Positions 59,189 through 64,000 of a DNA stretch of 64,000 nucleotides are shown here, piece by piece; the stretch's first letter is position 1; every line of letters begins with the position of its first letter. This stretch comes from a virus, in the IMG/VR virus record IMGVR_UViG_3300012953_000019, positions 52,287-116,286 of that record; one strand, given 5' to 3'. Both the position numbers and the translations under genes were made by a program. The notes under the pieces were generated by a model. That model was given only the letters and a program-made list of their open reading frames with translations, did no database searches and was not told the DNA's origin.

Positions 59189-59217
59189 TTGACATTTGGT
59201 CAACTCTGTAGTATACT
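59189..59217 (+). promoter_or_regulatory. sigma70-type promoter for gp43
   Basis: TTGACA-17 nt-TATACT; -35 lies in an inverted repeat (GTTGAC/GTCAAC). Confidence 0.85.
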
Positions 59218-59245
59218 ATCCTCTAAATGATTATATGGTGAACTC

Positions 59246-61753
59246 ATGCCTCAATTCTATTCATACGCTTGGCAGTATGGCAACAAAATACTTACCCGCG
59301 GTATCCGTGATGGTAAACCCTTCTTAGAAAAACAACCATTCAAGCCTACTCTTTATGTTCGCAACGATAAAGACTCTCAATACAAAGGTCTTTATGGTGA
59401 AAATCTAAAACCTATAGAGTTTGGTGACAATCGTGATTGTAAAGAGTTTGTTGAAAAGTACTCTAAGATTGAAAACTATCCCATCTATGGTCAGACTGAT
59501 CTGACATATCAATATCTATCTTCCACATATCCAAATACCATTGAGTTTGATCTGAGTCAATTGAGCATTCAGACTATCGACATTGAGACCACAACTGAAA
59601 ATGGTTTTCCAAATGTAGATAGTCCTATTGAAGAAGTTCTATTGATTTCATTGGTCGACAATGCTACCAAGAAAGTTATGACTTGGGGTGCTGGCGAATG
59701 GAAACCACAATCACCTGAAATTGAAGACATTGATGTTGAGTACATCGTTTGTGCTGACGAATATGATTTACTTGAAAAGTTTATGTCTTGGTGGGTAAAC
59801 AACTATCCAGATATCATTACTGGTTGGAACAGCAAGTTCTTTGACATTGCATATCTAGTCAGCCGTATCGATAGAATTTTTGGCAACGATGCTAAGAACT
59901 CTCTCAGTCCATTTGGTATGACCAGATCACGTACAACTACAATTAATAATATTGAACAATTATCTTATGAGATCAAAGGCATTGCCCAGTTAGATTATCT
60001 TGATCTGTTTAAGAAGTTCACATACGGTGCCCAAGAATCATACAAACTAGACTACATTGCTGAACAAGAACTTGGTCACAAGAAACTAGAAAACAATTTT
60101 GATACCTTTAAAGAATTCTATGTCAATGATTGGAATCGTTTCATTGATTATAATATCATTGATGCCAAATTGGTAGATGAACTTGATGACAAGATGAAGT
60201 TGTTAGAGTTAATTGCCACTATGGCATATGACTGTAAGTGTAACTTTGAAGATATCTTTTCTTCAGTTAGAACGTGGGATTGCCTATTGTTCAATCACTT
60301 ACTAGAAAAAAACATAATGATACCACAGAAACAAGATAAAGCCAGTCGTGGTATCAAGGGTGGTTACGTACAAGAACCTGTCCCTGGTAAGTATAAGTGG
60401 GTTGTATCAGTCGATGCTACTTCTCTATACCCGTCTATCATTATGCAACACAATCTATCACCAGAGATGTTCCTAGATATCAAGCCACTTGACTGTACTG
60501 TAGATGGTCTACTAGAAAAACGTTATGACACCAGTGGTCTTGTTTCTAGAAATGCTTCTATGGCAGCCAATGGCTTTTGTTTTGACAGAAAAAGTCAAGG
60601 TCTATTCCCTGAGATAACTCAAAAGTTTTTTGATGATCGACAACGATATAAGAAGTTGATGAAAGAAGCGGAGAAAGAATACGAAAAGACCAAGAACAAA
60701 GACCTTCTTGCTGATATCTCTAAGTACAATAATTTTCAGATGGCTAGAAAGATTCAATTGAACTCTCTGTTTGGTGCTATGGGTAATAAGTATTTTAGAT
60801 ACTTTGATGAGCGTATTGCAGAGGGTATCACTCTTACTGGTCAGTATATCATTCGTGAAACTGCTCGGGCGGTAAATGAATATCTAAACAAGTTTTGTGG
60901 TACTGAAGATGTTGAGTATAGTTTTTATACTGACACAGACTCTTGTTATATTACCCTTGATGTTTTGGTAGAGAAATTTTTAAAAGATAAATCTCACGAT
61001 CAGATTATCACAGCACTTGATAAGATTACTGAAGACAAGATTGAACCCTGCATCAACAAAGCCATGTCCAATCTTTCCAAATATACAAATGCTTTCGAAG
61101 ACAAGATATTTTTCAAACGTGAAGCTATTGCTGATACTGGCATCTTTGTCGCAAAGAAAAGATATGCACTCAATGTATATGACAACGAAGGTGTTCGATA
61201 CTCTGAACCAAAACTAAAAGTTATGGGTCTTGAGATTGTAAGATCATCTACACCAGCACCAGTTAGGCAGTCTTTACGTGACGCTGTAGCACTATGTCTC
61301 AGTGAAGACGAACAAGCACTACAAGATTTTGTAGAGAATCATTGGCAAGAATTTAAAAATATGGAACCTGAAAAGATTGCATTCCCACGTGGGTGTAACA
61401 ATCTTGCCAAGTACACCAGTTCCAGCAGTATCTATTCAAAGGGTACGCCCATTGCTGTTCGTGGTGCGTTGATGTATAATCATCAACTCAAGGGTTCTAA
61501 GTTGACCAATCGGTATGAATTGATCAAAGAAGGTGACAAGGTAAAGTTTTTGTACTTGAAAGAACCAAACTTAATCAGAGAGAATGTTATATCATTCATG
61601 GGTAAGTTGCCACCAGAATTTGATCTACATCAATATGTTGATTATGAGATGATGTTTGAAAAGGCGTTTGTCGAACCACTCAATACGATTACTAAATCTT
61701 TGAAGTGGAATACCAGACCAGTTGCATCACTACAACATTTACTTTTTGAATAA
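59246..61753 (+). CDS. gp43: Family B DNA polymerase gp43 (single chain, no intein)
   Basis: DIET, GWNSKFFD, DATSLYPS, KIQLNSLFG, YTDTDS, KKRY. Confidence 0.97.
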   Translation: MPQFYSYAWQYGNKILTRGIRDGKPFLEKQPFKPTLYVRNDKDSQYKGLYGENLKPIEFGDNRDCKEFVEKYSKIENYPIYGQTDLTYQYLSSTYPNTIEFDLSQLSIQTIDIETTTENGFPNVDSPIEEVLLISLVDNATKKVMTWGAGEWKPQSPEIEDIDVEYIVCADEYDLLEKFMSWWVNNYPDIITGWNSKFFDIAYLVSRIDRIFGNDAKNSLSPFGMTRSRTTTINNIEQLSYEIKGIAQLDYLDLFKKFTYGAQESYKLDYIAEQELGHKKLENNFDTFKEFYVNDWNRFIDYNIIDAKLVDELDDKMKLLELIATMAYDCKCNFEDIFSSVRTWDCLLFNHLLEKNIMIPQKQDKASRGIKGGYVQEPVPGKYKWVVSVDATSLYPSIIMQHNLSPEMFLDIKPLDCTVDGLLEKRYDTSGLVSRNASMAANGFCFDRKSQGLFPEITQKFFDDRQRYKKLMKEAEKEYEKTKNKDLLADISKYNNFQMARKIQLNSLFGAMGNKYFRYFDERIAEGITLTGQYIIRETARAVNEYLNKFCGTEDVEYSFYTDTDSCYITLDVLVEKFLKDKSHDQIITALDKITEDKIEPCINKAMSNLSKYTNAFEDKIFFKREAIADTGIFVAKKRYALNVYDNEGVRYSEPKLKVMGLEIVRSSTPAPVRQSLRDAVALCLSEDEQALQDFVENHWQEFKNMEPEKIAFPRGCNNLAKYTSSSSIYSKGTPIAVRGALMYNHQLKGSKLTNRYELIKEGDKVKFLYLKEPNLIRENVISFMGKLPPEFDLHQYVDYEMMFEKAFVEPLNTITKSLKWNTRPVASLQHLLFE

Positions 61754-61760
61754 AAATAAC

Positions 61761-61789
61761 TTGACAAATGGTTTGATAATAGATATAAT
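61761..61789 (+). promoter_or_regulatory. sigma70-type promoter for uvsX operon
   Basis: TTGACA-17 nt-TATAAT. Confidence 0.85.
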
Positions 61790-61807
61790 GTTCGACAGGA
61801 GAATATA

Positions 61808-62245
61808 ATGCAAAAGAAAATTCGTAGATTCAGAGTAGAACCTATGTATAAAAAGTCTGTAGTTGAATCAGAGTTTTTTACACATTCAGAAGAGAAAGGT
61901 GCTATTGAAGTCACTGTAGTTTGGCGAGGTGGCGAATACTTTATTGATATTGAAGATGATAATATTAATGAACTTACTGAGATTGATCTAGCAATGAAAA
62001 ATCCAGAAGAAGCATTCGAAGTATCATCGTTTGAAAATTGGGAACTAGATTCTACTTGGGATGGATGTTCGGAAGACATTTATTTCCATGGAACAGAACT
62101 TGATGAAGAAACATTTGAAGAAGCCTATAGTGAAACCGGATGGGAATATCTTGTTGATGAACAAGGTTGGCAGCCAGATGACTGCGAAGTTTGGATTCAG
62201 AATGGCGTGAAAATAACAGAGGAAGAAATAAATGAGCCTACTTGA
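61808..62245 (+). CDS. Hypothetical acidic protein
   Basis: 145 aa, SD AGGAG, Trp/Asp/Glu-rich. Confidence 0.6.
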   Translation: MQKKIRRFRVEPMYKKSVVESEFFTHSEEKGAIEVTVVWRGGEYFIDIEDDNINELTEIDLAMKNPEEAFEVSSFENWELDSTWDGCSEDIYFHGTELDEETFEEAYSETGWEYLVDEQGWQPDDCEVWIQNGVKITEEEINEPT

Positions 62246-63305
62246 AAAAATTAAAAAGAATTCTACAATAAAAGAAACTAGTGTCTTAACAGACTCTAAG
62301 TTTTTTAACACAAAAGATTTAGTACAGACAACAGTACCCGCATTGAATGTGGCACTGTCTGGTAAACTAGATGGTGGTTTATCACCTGGTCTTACTGTCT
62401 TTGCTGGACCAAGTAAGCACTTTAAAACTGCATTCGCATTGCTATTGGCAAAATCATATCTTGACAAGTATGATGATTCTGTGATACTATTCTATGATTC
62501 AGAGTTTGGATCACCGCAAGGTTATTTCAAGTCTTTTGGTATTGATACTGATAGAGTTATGCATACTCCTATCACAGATATTGAGCAATTAAAGCATGAT
62601 GTTATGTCTCAACTAAATGATTTCACACCAAATGATCACGTTTTAATTATCGTTGACTCTGTTGGTAATCTGGCAAGTAAGAAAGAAGTTGATGATGCAC
62701 TTGACGGTAAATCTGTTGCTGATATGACTAGAGCCAAACAGATGAAGTCTCTGTTTCGTATGATCACACCACATCTGACAATGAAAGATATTCCAGCAGT
62801 TGTAGTAAATCATACTTACAAAGAGATTGGTATGTTCCCGAAAGATATTGTATCTGGTGGTACTGGAATTTATTACTCAGCAGATAACATTTTCATTATT
62901 GGTCGTCAACAAGAAAAACAAGGTGCTGATCTAACTGGTTACAACTTTATTATCAACGTTGAAAAGTCCAGATATGTCAGAGAGAAATCTAAAATTCCTC
63001 TTGAAGTTTCTTTTGAAGGTGGCATCAGTAAATGGTCTGGTCTTCTAGATATGGCAATGGAATCTGGTCATGTAATCAAACCAAAAGTTGGTTGGTACAA
63101 AGTAGCATCCGATGGCGAAGATGGAAAAAGTTATCGTGCAAAAGAAACTTACACAAAAGATTTCTGGTTACCAATCTTGACAGACCAATCATTTATTAAT
63201 TGGATTGAAAAGAGATATTTGATTTCAAGTGAATCGATTATGAATGAAGAAGTAAATGCTGACGATATTGCACAAGCATATGGTGAAACTAGTGCCGAAG
63301 TGTGA
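62232..63305 (+). CDS. uvsX: RecA-like recombinase UvsX
   Basis: AGPSKHFKT, YDSEFG, VDSVGNLAS, VSGGTG.YYSA, VEKSRY. Confidence 0.95.
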   Translation: MSLLEKIKKNSTIKETSVLTDSKFFNTKDLVQTTVPALNVALSGKLDGGLSPGLTVFAGPSKHFKTAFALLLAKSYLDKYDDSVILFYDSEFGSPQGYFKSFGIDTDRVMHTPITDIEQLKHDVMSQLNDFTPNDHVLIIVDSVGNLASKKEVDDALDGKSVADMTRAKQMKSLFRMITPHLTMKDIPAVVVNHTYKEIGMFPKDIVSGGTGIYYSADNIFIIGRQQEKQGADLTGYNFIINVEKSRYVREKSKIPLEVSFEGGISKWSGLLDMAMESGHVIKPKVGWYKVASDGEDGKSYRAKETYTKDFWLPILTDQSFINWIEKRYLISSESIMNEEVNADDIAQAYGETSAEV

Positions 63306-63429
63306 TAGATGTGGCAACTCTATAAATGAAGAAACAGACGAAGCAATATGCTTTGAGGGTGATAACGGTAAGTTATATCTGTGTTCACCATGTGTAAGTG
63401 AAATTGAGAAGGAAGTAATGAATGGATAA
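63292..63429 (+). CDS. 45-aa CxxC...CxxC zinc-ribbon protein (not in ORF track)
   Basis: GTG start, MPKCDRCG...YLCSPCVSEIEKEVMNG*; overlaps uvsX stop and gp41 start. Confidence 0.6.
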   Translation: MPKCDRCGNSINEETDEAICFEGDNGKLYLCSPCVSEIEKEVMNG

Positions 63430-64000
63430 TATTGAGCAAATTATAATTGCACACTTATGTCATGATGAAGATTATTTAAGAAAAGTAATTCCATTTGTAA
63501 AAGAAGATTATTTTACAGAGCCAGATACTAGGCAAGTATTCATTGCCATTGGTGACTTTGTTGTAAAGTACAATAGTTTGCCTTCTAAATCTGCATTGTT
63601 GCTAAGTCTACAAGAAAATAGAGCAGTCACAGAAGACTTATACCATAGATGCGAAACTATCATCAATGGTCTTCAAATTACAGACAACCCATCACAGTGG
63701 TTGATCGATGAGACAGAAAACTTCTGTAAACAAAAAGCATTGTACAATGCCATCATGCAGTCAATACAAATTATTGATGGCAATGATAGTATGTACAGTA
63801 AAGATGCCTTGCCAGATATTTTATCTACTGCATTGGGTGTAGGGTTTGATACTAACATCGGTCATGATTACGTAGAGAATGCTGATGAACGTTATGACTT
63901 TTACCATAGAGAAGAAGAAAAGATTCCATTTGATCTAGATTATTTCAACAAGATTACTGAAGGTGGTCTCTTGAATAAGACATTGAATGTTGCTCTTGCT
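63422..64000 (+). CDS. gp41: Replicative helicase gp41 (5' part, runs off window)
   Basis: MDNIEQII...DYLRKVIPFVKEDYF...GHDY...KTLNVALA leading into Walker A. Confidence 0.9.
   Translation, partial: MDNIEQIIIAHLCHDEDYLRKVIPFVKEDYFTEPDTRQVFIAIGDFVVKYNSLPSKSALLLSLQENRAVTEDLYHRCETIINGLQITDNPSQWLIDETENFCKQKALYNAIMQSIQIIDGNDSMYSKDALPDILSTALGVGFDTNIGHDYVENADERYDFYHREEEKIPFDLDYFNKITEGGLLNKTLNVALA

Noticed and set aside
24807-61753. Inteins, introns or homing endonucleases in gp17, gp23, gp46, uvsW, gp43
   Set aside because: Lengths and continuous motifs match uninterrupted proteins; no LAGLIDADG/GIY-YIG/HNH ORF seen
136-63858. Many short ORFs antisense to, or out of frame within, core genes (e.g. 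136-483, 19305-19667, 25178-25684, 30570-31025, 33542-33838, 61642-62079)
   Set aside because: Shadow ORFs of well-supported genes; no SD, no recognisable motifs
1-64000. tRNA genes, CRISPR array, stop-codon reassignment
   Set aside because: Intergenic gaps are short and lack tRNA arms or repeat-spacer units; TAA, TAG and TGA all end genes at expected lengths

Overview
A 64-kb segment of a large T4-like (Tevenvirinae/Kyanoviridae-style) myovirus genome, AT-rich, standard genetic code, almost all genes on the + strand. The marine-type gene set and an E. coli-like IscU point to a marine proteobacterial host (inference). Order: baseplate/tail-fibre genes (1-10.9 kb); an inserted glycosyltransferase/oxygenase/methyltransferase cluster, mostly on the - strand (10.9-18.0 kb); more fibre genes; the neck-terminase-tail-head module gp13-gp23 (21.7-34.8 kb); iscU/SGNH/iscA; gp3-uvsY-uvsW-gp55-gp47-gp46; a proteostasis block (def, ClpP-like, vWA, MoxR/CobS-like AAA+) and a FabF-like gene; and the replication module gp45-gp44-gp62-regA-gp43-uvsX-gp41 (truncated), interrupted by a peroxiredoxin, a radical SAM/TauD cassette and hsp20. 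Twelve exact TATAAATA late promoters and seven sigma70-type promoters were read directly. Most notable signals: (1) a perfect 15-bp hairpin whose loop is complementary to the unusual GAGAGAGGT ribosome-binding sites of the vWA and MoxR genes (candidate phage anti-SD RNA); (2) a ROSE-type RNA thermometer upstream of hsp20; (3) a candidate virion-modification GT cluster including a GT fused to a degenerate radical SAM/SPASM module; (4) a radical SAM-SPASM-TauD cassette splitting the clamp loader genes; (5) a consensus antisense sigma70 promoter firing into uvsW. No tRNA, CRISPR, intron, intein or transposon was seen. All family calls are by motif recognition, not database search.
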